A stretch of DNA of 64,000 nt from Carcharhinus amblyrhynchos (taxonomy: Eukaryota), in NCBI GenBank assembly GCA_965287045.1, contig OZ336878.1, positions 105,834,001 to 105,898,000 of the forward strand, read 5' to 3'. The notes under the pieces were generated by a model, which was not told the origin of the DNA, searched no databases, and worked only from the letters and a program-made list of their open reading frames with translations. Shown here piece by piece: positions 52,701 to 64,000 of this stretch. Position 1 is the stretch's first letter; each line of letters starts with the position of its first letter. The position numbers were made by a program, and so were the translations under genes.

Positions 52701-54852
52701 AAGCTCATTTTAATGTCGAATCAAAGAAAATATGGCATGTACGCAACACATTCAAACAACCAATTGGGAAGACATTTCAAATAATAGCGCAGCTTGGATC
52801 CAGTAACAAATAAAATGGCAGCAAAGAAAATTCCCAGGTTAAAAGACTGTGCAGTCGGAACAAAGTAGGGAATTTATCCTGATCTGCAGCGCACAATAAT
52901 ATCCGTACCTATAATAAGCTCAAAAGACACAATATTATCCAGAAAACTAGAATGCACAGGGAGGAAAAGGTCAACTTAAATTATGATGGAAACAGAACTT
53001 GGAGTCGTAAAACAAGGAACCTGCTTTACATTTGTATAGGATTATATTTTCACCTCAACTGTAGCATTTGCGTGACTTCTGGGCACCAACGTTTAACATC
53101 GGTGCCATGGAAAGAATGCAGAAAAGTTCTACAGGAAAATCCAGGATCCAGGAATCAACATTTTTCAATTGTGTGCTTTAGTTATATAAGTCATGTCTGT
53201 TTTAGTGGGAAAAGAGATGTTTGGGATCTAAATTGCTGGAGACATTCGAAATTAACACGCTCTTTGAAGAGTGGAGAAACAGGAGTTGTCCCCATCCATG
53301 AAATGATAAAAAACACAGCAGACTGTGATTTTGAGCAAACTGCGGTTGGTGAGGGAGGTGGGACGGTGATAGAAGCAACATGTCAAACACGTGGTAATCA
53401 TCGTGGATAATTGATATAGAGTGAGATGGAGTCATGCTAAGTTGAGGAATTCTCGAGTGACTTTATTTTCTAAAAATAAGAAGTGTACAGGGTAAAAGAG
53501 GGAAGTGCAGGCAAGCAGTAAGTGCATTGATATTTCAGATCTCGAGCCCTACGGCATAAGCCACAGACATCGTTCTGTTTAACGAGCAGTCTTTAATTCC
53601 CTGCGTTTTTTTTTGCAACACGTCCTATTCATTTTGAGATGGGAACTGAGTTAGAAATTTTGCGTTCCTGAGTCAAATGTTTTAATGGGTTTTGGTTGTA
53701 AGGTTGAAAGAAACTTTATGCCTACCTCGAAGAAGAACGGGATAGTAACAAATCATTTGCATTTCGTATCAGACAATGGTTACAGCACAGATGGATGCAA
53801 CTGATTTCCCTTGTTCATGTTGGCTCTCGGCAACAAAGTTTCAGCTAGTTCCACTCCAATGAAGTCATGCAAAATCCACTTTCATCGATCGGATCATTCA
53901 ATGGAGGTTTCTCCCCCCCACCCCATGTTTAACTATAACATTGAAGAGGAACATGTACAAACGGACAGCCACAATTACTATCAAAAACGAATAAATTGAG
54001 ACAGGATGTGAATTATTTATGGATGGGAGACAAAAGGAGGTGAATCAACGTGCATGGTTTTCAGATGGATGTTTGCAGGCCATTTGGTTTGTCCCAAAAT
54101 TAAAGCAGAATGCTGTAAGCAGACTTGGAGTCTCCATATTGTAACATTAAATACGTATTCGCTACAAGCATTCATTCGAAATTCCCTAAAATATCATTAC
54201 GTTCCCAAATTGGAGGCAGTGTGCAATATCACCGAATTCACGGTTCCTGAATGCAAAAAAAATTCGGATCTAATATTTTGAAGTAATGTTGTTTTTTGAG
54301 GCATATTATTGAGTTCGGTTGAAGTAGAACCTAAGCAATATTGTTGTTGATGTCTGTTGTAAAAAAAAGTCAGTTTTTTTTATCTAAATAACTCCAATCT
54401 ATGCTGTTCAGTTGCTGACATAGCACTGCAACACAACATACCTCACCTCCACGGCAGAGTCAAGTTACTTCTCGTAATATATATCGAGGCGGACCTGACA
54501 AAAACTCAATTATCTTGTGTTCTACTTTATTCAAAGTAAATAATACACCGTGGTGGTTCTGCGCGGAAAAACGGCAAGGATACTGCAACTTCATTTCTGA
54601 TACATCCATAAAATAAAGTCATACTAACGAGGGTAATCAGTAGTTTTCAAATAAATTAGAAAATGTATATATCAACCTGAGGCATGGGTAGAAACTGATC
54701 TTATAAGAATTTACAACTTTTGTAACGTTAGCTTAGAAATACCAGTAAAGGATCTTAGGCGACAAAAAAACCCGAATAAATTCATATATCCTGTTGTCGT
54801 ACTTCTAATGACCCAGAAAAAGACCCAGACTCAGTACAACAGTGCTTGATTT

Positions 54853-54884
54853 TATTATTATTATTATTATTATTTATTATTATT
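54853..54884. repeat. (TTA)n microsatellite
   Basis: Imperfect run of ttattatta... Confidence 0.9.
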
Positions 54885-56392
54885 TCTGCAAAGTTCCCCG
54901 ATTCCTTAACGGCCCAAATCATTTGTCGATTGCAAGTGGGGCGTAGTTTGTCGAGAAAACGAACGTGGGAAATAAAATTAAACTATGTTGAAATATAGGT
55001 TAGTTGGCTTGACATTATTCGTCAAAATAATGCTCGAGTACTTTCTTTGGGAAGCGCAATATTTTTGTACGTCAGCCAGGCAGATTGATGCGATTTTACG
55101 GGTATTTTGCAAATTCAGTACGGTTTCTTTTTTTTTGAGAATGTAACAAGTATTACAGGTTGTCGACGCCTGTAGAGATGATATGTTTTGATTCAAAAGT
55201 AAGTTATTTTGTAAGGATCAATGTTTGATGTGCATTATGCATTCGCATGAAGTCGAGGACAATGTTTTAACATCAACTGAAGACATGGAACAGACAGAAT
55301 GTAGGCCATGCGGAGAAAAATTATATTTTGAAATTTGTCAGACTGCGCCTCGAGGGGATTTTATTTAGATCTCAGAGCTCAGATATTTACATTCACCAAC
55401 AACAACTTAAATTACAAACCTAGAGCAACGTATTTTATTTTGGATCACAGGAAAAGTTTTTACAAGTTCAGCCAGTTCGGAGAATCCAAACGCAGAATAA
55501 GATAGAAACGGTGTAGTTGAGCGGGTAAGATGTGACACAGCAAAAGAGAGAGGTTCGTAACAGAAGTACAATTATACAATGTAAGCCGACAGCATGGAGG
55601 ATGTAAGTGCTGACTTTCAGACAGACCTGACTGCACACATGCGCGCCAAGAGTAAAGCGAGTCTTCAGCGACAGCTAACGATTAGGAAGGTAAACTGAAC
55701 GCTTGTTTTCACTGAAATTATACATGAAACATGAAATATTGCAAATGTGATGTAATTGCAGATGCTTTTGTCCAGTCCACACATAGCGAAGTAAAATAAA
55801 TTTGTTTTGCAGATTTTCGATGGGGTCATGGGATAAAAGGTTCATCATATTTTGGAGGATGAAAAGTTTCTTATGTTTGGAAGGGAAATAAGGAATGCTT
55901 TTACTTAAACTTTGAAAATTGCCAAAGATCTTTTTTTCAGAATCGAGGAAACTTTTGTTTTCAACGAATTTTGGAATTAACTAAACAACGCCACGTGCCG
56001 ATGGTCCGTTCAGATTAGTTAGAGTAGCGCAGAGTCTATTTTGTTTCGTTTAGGGATTTTTCCATAATTTCTGACCCCCTTCCCCCTCTTCCGTATTGCA
56101 GTTTTATCGTTCAGTATGCACAAGGTTTGGAATATTTCTCAATGCACAGAAGTCAGGAAATCATTGGACGCGGGAAGTGATTATGAATGTGAAAATCAGG
56201 CAGACGCTAAGTCAACTTCGAAATACTATAGGAACAGAGTTCCAGTTTCATATTCTTGTTCACCCTTTTGTAACGTGTACAGAAAATCGAGGAATATTCT
56301 TTTTTTTTCTTTTGGTGCAGATATTCCTCAATTTCATACCACAGATCGTATAATTTTATATAAATAATTCCCAAATAGTCGCGATTGCTTAC

Positions 56393-56419
56393 TGGTATCT
56401 TGAAGTGGTTTTTTGAATT
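56393..56419 (-). CDS. Micro-exon, 27 nt, (x)FKKPLQDT
   Basis: ttttgattatttaattcag|AATTCAAAAAACCACTTCAAGATACCA|gtaagc. Confidence 0.68.
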
Positions 56420-57199
56420 CTGAATTAAATAATCAAAAATGAATTGCATTTTACATATGTCAATGGGAGTTGAACTTTGAGTAAATAACTAACTGCATGC
56501 AAAGAACAAATCATTAAGATAAATCCATAAATAGATGTAGAATTTTGCTTAAATAAATCACACATATTTCTACACACGAGGTAAAATAAAGAATTGACTT
56601 TTTTGTAAGGAGATCTCCAATTATTACATGAAGGCATAATTCCTATATTTCGGTGGCATCACGTAAATGTAAAATGTCCTCAACAAAACAATTCAAACTT
56701 CATCCTGTTGACGTCAAAAACAAAATTTTAGAGTAATCAGGTAATTTACTGTGGGAGACATCAGCAATGCCATTAATTGATGCCTCCTCACCAATTGCCG
56801 AAAAAGATTTCTGTTTTGACAGAGACTCGCCAGTTTAGGCATTAGGTACATGGATAGTTGACGTTGACAGCAAAGTTTGATTAAACTATATAACCTTGTT
56901 CGATCATTAATTTGAACATTACAACAAAGATTTTCATGAATGCTAAACACTTTTCCCAACACATCATTGGCAAATATTAACACTATTTAGGATAGAGCGC
57001 ATGCACATGCAATCCTGTGGTTCGAGCTGCCAGAGTGTTGTAGAAACATACTAAGATAAATACCTAATTCTTATGGTCCTCACACATTGTGGTGGTAATA
57101 TATCTATACATGCCCCAATTATCACCGCTGCTTAATAAATGCATAGCTACCATCACAATTTCAAATTGGAATGTTCAGAAATGCTTGCACATTGTTCAG

Positions 57200-58010
57200 C
57201 ATCATTCGTCTGTCTCCTCAGTTACTGAAGCAGTCTCCGTCGAAGTGAAACAAGACCTGGGCAATATATAAGTTTCGGCTGACAAGTGACAAATAATATT
57301 GTACCACCCAAGGGCAAGTTAATTCCTAACTCTAGCAAGCGGGCAGCTGATCATTCCTCCTTGTCACCTCAAGGCGCCATTGCCACTTAATATCCAACTA
57401 TGAACATAATTTACCAGAAACGTACTGACTAGCCATATAAATACTATGGTTACAAGAAAAGGTGAAAGGCTAGTAGCCCTGCTGTGCGTAACTGACCTGC
57501 TAACTCCCAAAAACGGACAACCAGCTAAGTAGAACAACTCAAGAGTGGAACGGAAAACTTTCCCCTCACCCGGGTTTGGCAGCACCAAGAACACTCTAGT
57601 AGCTTAATTATATCTAGGGAAAAAAAAACATCTACTTCATTCACATCCCTTAGGCACCTCCAGAACTACGGATGCACAGGAGAACCATTGTCTCCCATCT
57701 TCGAGATGCATCGCAAAAATCAGCAACGCAGCTCTAATAGCACCGTCTGAGCCCCAACATCTAGGGCAGATGCACGGGAACACCACAATTTGGACATTTC
57801 GCAATAAGCCACTCAACAAACTTACTTGAAATACTTTGTCGTTCCTTCACTGTTGATGGTCAAAATCCAGTAACTCCATTCCTAGTGATACCTGGGTCAT
57901 ATTATACCACAGTGACTGTTAAAGAGAGCACCACACCGCTAACGTCAAAGGACATTCCGGAAGGACAAATGAATTGTAGCTTAACCAGAGAACATCACAT
58001 CCCTGAATCC
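57200..58010 (+). mobile_element. Old LINE 3' portion
   Basis: gctgacaagtgacaa...gcagatgcacgggaacaccac...caaaatcc...catcacatccctgaat. Same family as 14960 and 31060. Confidence 0.55.
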
Positions 58011-60369
58011 AATGCCCTACGATATGTGAAAAAAAATGTTATCTTACCACAGAGGCCCACTATCTGCTTGTGCATGGAACTATCATTCTGATAGGTGAAT
58101 AGATTTAGAGCTGGATTATCCTGCAGCTATGGAATTATGGTCCGGCATACATTGAAAAGCCATGATTATGCACTCTACGCTTAGTAGCAAAATGCTGGAT
58201 TAATATTGGTTCAGGGAGGAGTTTTCAAGTGTGCATTTATCACTGGTATGTGCGGCTAAACATTGTGTAGAAATTGCAACACTGAAGATCATGCAGGGTA
58301 AACAATGGAAGTAACAACTTTTCGCCAGAGTTCAGTGATCAAGTAATGTAAGGGACAAACAAGAATCGCAAAGTCATTGTCGGCATTCAGAAATTTCGCA
58401 AATACTGTAGCTGATATCGTCAAGAAAATTCCCATGAAATTTTCAATGCTTGAAATCAGAGAATAAGAATGAATATTCTAAATCATTTTAGTCTGAAGAA
58501 CATTTTGTCATACTTCGCTCATAATGCAAATTTCCCAGGTTCTGGTATGCACCCAAGTAGATTCACCAACACCAGAATATGAACGCAAAGCTGTGTGAAC
58601 TGCTTAGAATGAACACCCTCCTATCAGCAACTGACCGACTGTTTTAGGGAAGATTTTTTTTAGAAATTTCCTAGCTTTTAGCGAAGATTCTCCAACTCAA
58701 AAAATAGAAACGTCGACTATATCTGGCAATGTGCAGAACTGTCGGATTTTCTTTTTCATTTCAATCTGGCATGTTACCACCTCAGCAGTTCATTACAATA
58801 CCAGCACGATGATGAACATTGCCGTCAGCTGTGTTCAATGATAACTATCTTATAAAGTATGAGTGATGTCGCCTCCAATATTATTCTCAGTCGTTACTAC
58901 CGTGGTTGAAACATGTCATAGCCAGTTGAAATCCAGTAAATGAGCGATTTAGAGGCGATCGAACCTAAGGGTCCATTTGGTTAGAAGAGCATGTGTCGCA
59001 CAATGTTGAAATCAACGTGGATCAGACATAAAAGTCGCACCTGGTTGAAGTTGTATTCAGCACAACGTGCCGATCAGTAGACAGCCCGGACATTAAAAGA
59101 GATCGTTGCAAGAGATTAGCAATCATGAACTTGGCACAATCAAATTGAGGCTTCTTGAATGACCTTCCAATCATCATAGAGAGAACTCCGTGTTTTCTTT
59201 TGTGCTGGAGAGCTCACACTTTATTGGCTTCCATTCATTGCTCAAATGGAACTGTCGCTCACTCATGTGCGTATAAGACATCTCCAATATTCAAAATGGG
59301 GCTGTTACGGGACATATGATTTTCAATGTTAAAAGTGAGAGGCAAGGAATATTTAACTGGCCGTTTAACCCAAAAATAAGCCGTTCAACTAAACATAACT
59401 AGAGAAAACCATGGACACAATGCCCATGCCAGCAATTCAGAGACTAGATGTTGCGAAAAAAATCAATAGCCTTACACTGCAAGTCTTGTATCAAGTCGGC
59501 AGCACACAAACCAGGAGCATTCTGGAATGCCTCCAGTTGTCGAAACACATTCAATTCCGAAAGCACTGAAAAATGTTGATGCAACCATAGCATAAACGAT
59601 GGCATATTTTCATCAGCCAAAGTATTAACAGGTTCAAAAAGTCATTAAAGCTGCAGCATTTATGAATTTAGTTGAGAAATTTCCACAAGTTTTGGCAATG
59701 TTCCACATGAACAACTTGTCGAAGCTGAAATAGAAAAAAAACATCAGCAGAGAGATGGGACGGTAAGCGCTTTCAAGTTCTCAGCAATAAGCAAAAACTA
59801 TCTCTTCTTGGAAGCATATCGCCATTTCTTGACAATTTTCGTGCCACAGCCATGGAATTCCTTGTCAGCAAAAGTTTGCTTTTACTATATCCACCACGTG
59901 GATTGTTGCCATTGTGGACGGTTGGACACTAGGACCTTTAAACATGCGATTAGCAATGGAAGTTATTTTATTGTTAATAAGTATGAAACAAGGAAACAAG
60001 CACAATTCAATCAACCAAAATTTGGAATCCGACAAACTATTTGAAATTTTGGTACCGAATGCCATATAATACAATTCAACACACTGTACTAACGACGGTG
60101 ATTGTACTAAAAATAGTTCTCCAGACCTTGCTGTGCAAAGATGACTCAAACGAATTTATTTCCCCTTGCCCCTGTAAAACAACTGCTTGTCACTCACTCC
60201 CAGAACGCATTTATTGTCGGAACAATCCGAAAGTATGACCCCCACGCCTGTGCCTAAACAGTGTGAATATCAGCGAGGTTTCTGCGGACAAGTAATTGCA
60301 TTGTAATTGCATTGGCCAGTTGCGAAAGACACATCGAGTGAGATGCAGACAGATTCAATGTGATTTTGA

Positions 60370-62590
60370 GGAATTTGGCGCTGAGTGGGAATTAAGTGCA
60401 GCGGGGTTAAGAGCTGCTTTTTGTTTTCATCTCTCGCTTTCTAACACTTACATTTTCAGATTTTTTTTTGTTTCCTGCTGCAGTAGTAAGAAATAAAGAG
60501 AGAGGGCTGAGTGGTAAGTCGCGGAGCAGGGCAAATGAAGCAGTTCAAGAATAAATTAGATTGAGTGGAGTTTCTGGGAGATAAAAAAGGCGTGGGGAAG
60601 TGGTGTAAAATCAAACAAAGCTTCTGATTACCGATACGACCTGATAGCTATTTTCATGGCATTAAAGTAACCCATTGCCTATCACTGAGATAGGCATTAA
60701 TAAAACAAGTATAGTGTAATACTGTACAATTGCCACTGGAGTGTTTGGGAATAAACGAGTTTCTTTATTATCTTAAAGAAATCTTGAGTTGTCGTGCTTT
60801 GGTTCAAGGGAGAAACGAGCATAATCGAGTGGAATATCATGGCAGGAGACCTCAAAACCGGGATAATCTCCTCTTGCATAAGTTGGGCAATCGGAACTTT
60901 GCGCCCGTGTTGACCATGTGGGCAGAGGATATGTCCAAATGCAACTGCTAGATAACCGGCTTTCGGAGCAGCTGCTGCGGTTGAACTCAATGCGGAGCCT
61001 CCAGAATTCCGAGCGACTCATGTTCAGCAATTTTACTGGGGTGCTGACATTGCAGTTGAGGAAGTATCTGGCAGACATGGACGAGTGATCAACAGAAACA
61101 GTAAATGACTCAGGAAGACAGTGCTGTGGGCCCCTGTCGTCATTGACCTCTCAAGCTAACAGACTGAATTTGATATTGATGGGGAATGGCCTCTTAGGGA
61201 AAAGCAGAAGCAGCCATGTTCAGGCGCCATGGATGACTTTGCTGATCAGAGGGCCGGCATGAAAACAAATTGTTTGCCTTTCGTCGCAGGGAATTCAATA
61301 GACGGGGGCAGAGAAAGATGCTTTGTTTAAAGCGGACTGAAGAAAATTCATTAAAGAAAAAGGAATAAAATTATAAGCCAGTTAGCCTTACATCAGTCAT
61401 GGGATAATGAGTTGAGTCAACTGTCACGTCGAAAGTCATGATTATTTCAGGAAAAAGCATTGATGAATGCAACGTGGTGGATGATGTGTGCATGAATTTG
61501 GCATGCGTTTTACGAGGTCTCACATGAAATTCAAAGGGTTCATTCAAACAACAAAGTCTTATGTGGCAATCTGGATCAGACGTTTGCTGGTATCAACAAG
61601 CAAACGTCGGTTGGTGCCACTTGAAATGGCAGGTTGTTCCAAATCGTTTTCCACGGTGTTCGCTTCTTGACTCTTGAGATTTTAGTTTTATATCAATGAT
61701 TTTGATGTGAACTTCCGGGTATGATTGGAACATTTGCTGGTACCGCCATTTTTAATATACTATCGATTTTGGAGTGGGCCGTAAATTCGAGCTGGATCTT
61801 AAACCGTAAATGTGTGAGTTGATGCAATGAAGGAGGTCAACCAGTTAAAGAAATGCGCAATAAATAGAAGTCTATGGCAGATGAAGATACATAAATCGGT
61901 GTACAAGTATCAAGGCAGCAGTGCAGGTATAGTGTTATAAAGAAGGTAATGTGGAATGATCGACTTCATCGGCAGATGCATGAAATATAAAAGTCACCGT
62001 ATGATGTTTCAATTACATAAAACACTGTTGTGTCATAATTAGAACAAAGTGTATGTTGAGCTAGTCGCCTTCTTTACAAGAAGATCGTAATATTTGTGGG
62101 AAAAGAAAATGCACAGAGTTTTGCAAGTATTTTGTTAGGGCTAGAAAAGTGTAGCTTTGAGCAGACATTGGATAGGTTGGGATTATTTTCCATGGAACGA
62201 AGGCTGATTGGTGGCTTCATAAAGGTGTACAAAATTATGTCGGGGTGAGAAGCAGTAGACAGGACAAAATTGCTTACCTTGTCGGAAAATTTTAGAAAGA
62301 GTGGACATAGATTTAAGTTATGTTCTTCCACGTGCAACGGGAAAATGTGGATTCTTTTTTCACACAATGGAAGATGGGGGCCAGCAGTTCTCTCACCCAA
62401 GTTAGTGATGAAAGCAGAGGCCTTACACTTGTTAAAAAAAACACATTGAAATGCACCTTAAGTGCAATGAGCTGCAGGGGTATGGATCGGGTTCAGGAAG
62501 ATGGCTTAGAGATGTCATCTGGATGCCCTCGGGTTTCATGGACCATATGAATCGAACGGCTTCATTCTTTGCTGCTGTACGGTTTCTATG
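60370..62590 (+). mobile_element. Old internally deleted CR1 LINE (5'UTR and ORF1 start joined to RT and 3' end)
   Basis: ORF1-like tgttgaccatgtggg...tgcaactgc and gggaattcaata (GDS-like), then RT C-terminal remnants and a tail ending ...gtttctatg. Confidence 0.7.
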
Positions 62591-64000
62591 GAGTGCAATT
62601 TAATGACAATTTAAAGCACGACGGACCCAACAATCTCCACGCAAATTAATAAAACCTAACATTGTTATATTGCGTAAGTTTAGATTCGTTTATTTGGTAT
62701 CACGTTTCATGCACAGATCTGTTCCAACATACAAAGCACGAACCCGGAGGCAAAGGATGAGAGCGTATGGTTACTCGACAACAAGTGCCTTTCCGGCTGA
62801 CCCTGTGAGAAAAAAAAAAGCCTGGCCTTTTCAAAAAAAAACATTCGATGCCTTGGCATTTGGCACGATGTATTTCAATAGATCTGCACATCCTTTGGTA
62901 TAATCCGTGCTCTCATTGTACAGAAAAGTGTCTGCCGATTGCTGTATCGCAAACACACATGTATTTGAATACGTATCTGAGCAAGAGTAGGCAATTCAGC
63001 AGACTTTTCTTCACATAAGTTTTGATTCAATAAATGGTACTCGCATTGCATCAACTAATAATACAATAGCTTTTTAAAGAAATCTAGAGAAATATGAGCC
63101 AGAAGGAAATGAATGGCCACGATGCAAGTTTTCGATGACCAAAATGACATCTGAGTGCAACGTAAACTACACCACTGACTAACTTGGTCGAAATGCCTGC
63201 TTCCCTGACATAAATCTTACTTCATCAACTCATTTTCAAAATTGAACAAAAATCTATTTCCGAGGCAGAAACGGATTAGTCCAACATTTTTTTTGTTGAC
63301 AGATCGTTTAGAATCCTGATTCAACAACATTTGATTTAATTGCTGTGTTTCCCCATTAATTTCAGCTGGAATTTATTAATTGCATTGTCGGATTCTAATA
63401 ATCAGAATGATCACATAAGCTCGTGCAAAATGTCATACAATCGTTTTGCAGGACAGTTATGCTCATTGCAACAAGTCAGGGATGAATCCATTGTTTCACA
63501 TAAAGTGAGTTCGAGTAACGCCTGTTTTAAATCTGGCACCAAGACTGAAAACAGTCTCAGAAATTTTTATTTGTTTTAGGGGGTGCAAGTTGGCATCCAA
63601 AGAAAAAAATGATTCGAGATTGAAGGCATGTGGTGAAAATGAACGTTTTTCCACGCAAGTGCGGGAGCAATTTAATCAATCAGCTATTATATTGATTGCA
63701 GTTGGATAAATTGATTGTAAGATCAAGTTCAGTGTTTAAGATTCGGGGACGTGTTAATCTTCATGGATTTGCATATTTTCTGACAATTGTTGATTTTCGT
63801 TCTCAGCTTTGAAAAAAATGTTCTCTTCTGGTGCCTCTCCATGAAGCAATATGTACAAGCTGATTACTTTGCTTGGTTTATGTTTTCGCCAAGAAAGGAA
63901 GAGAGATCCCAACAGCGAAGTGATCGAACATATCTTCGTATTACTGCCAAGTGTACGCTCTCCTCAGTGTTTTTTTTTGCTCCGTATATCGTTACTGAAA

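Larger units (their letters stand above)
185..56419 (-). other. Multi-micro-exon protein-coding gene (internal part) encoding a long heptad coiled coil; both ends probably outside the window
   Basis: About 17 exons of 15-36 nt, most with a pyrimidine-rich tract ending in AG and all followed by a GT donor. All are multiples of 3, phase 1 and on one strand. They splice into a stop-free charged helical repeat with a recurring K-D-x-E-[ILV]-x-x-L motif. Confidence 0.88.

Noticed and set aside
1-64000. Prokaryotic features (CRISPR arrays, operons) and genuine tRNA/rRNA genes
   Set aside because: The sequence is vertebrate intronic DNA. No regular repeat-spacer array was seen, and the tRNA-like boxes belong to SINE heads.

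Overview
AT-rich vertebrate genomic DNA, most likely from a cartilaginous fish (shark/ray), judging by the CR1 LINEs, HE1-like V-SINEs, SacSINE1/DeuSINE-like SINEs and Penelope-like elements. Every recognisable long ORF in the supplied track is transposon-derived. Reading splice signals on the minus strand reveals a gene the ORF track cannot show: about 17 symmetric phase-1 micro-exons (15, 18, 27 and 36 nt; 483 nt, about 161 aa) spread over 185-56419. Spliced, they give a stop-free heptad coiled coil: xFKKPLQDT-MRQLLIKDT-ELEKMKEDIQHV-EDNLRRKDR-EVDDLKDALRKQ-AEKEK-QHLLDD-EAKIRETKS-EMEQIEAIRRDV-EALLRLKDE-EIKLLRKEL-EKEISEKDA-EIRSLKERLTDA-EIAKIEAFKLDV-EERLRRKDK-EIEELHSEN-EIVVAGKVS. The repeat is built from 36+27-nt (21-aa, three-heptad) modules. 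I found no start, stop or globular domain in the window, so the gene cannot be named; the layout recalls butyrophilin/BG heptad exons or lectin stalks. The introns hold a near full-length decayed CR1, a young 5'-truncated CR1, a Penelope-like element, SINEs, two solo-LTR-like segments, a local ~535-bp duplication and a 25-bp hairpin. Spot counts show little CpG depletion. Exon coordinates were counted by hand; repeat boundaries are approximate.
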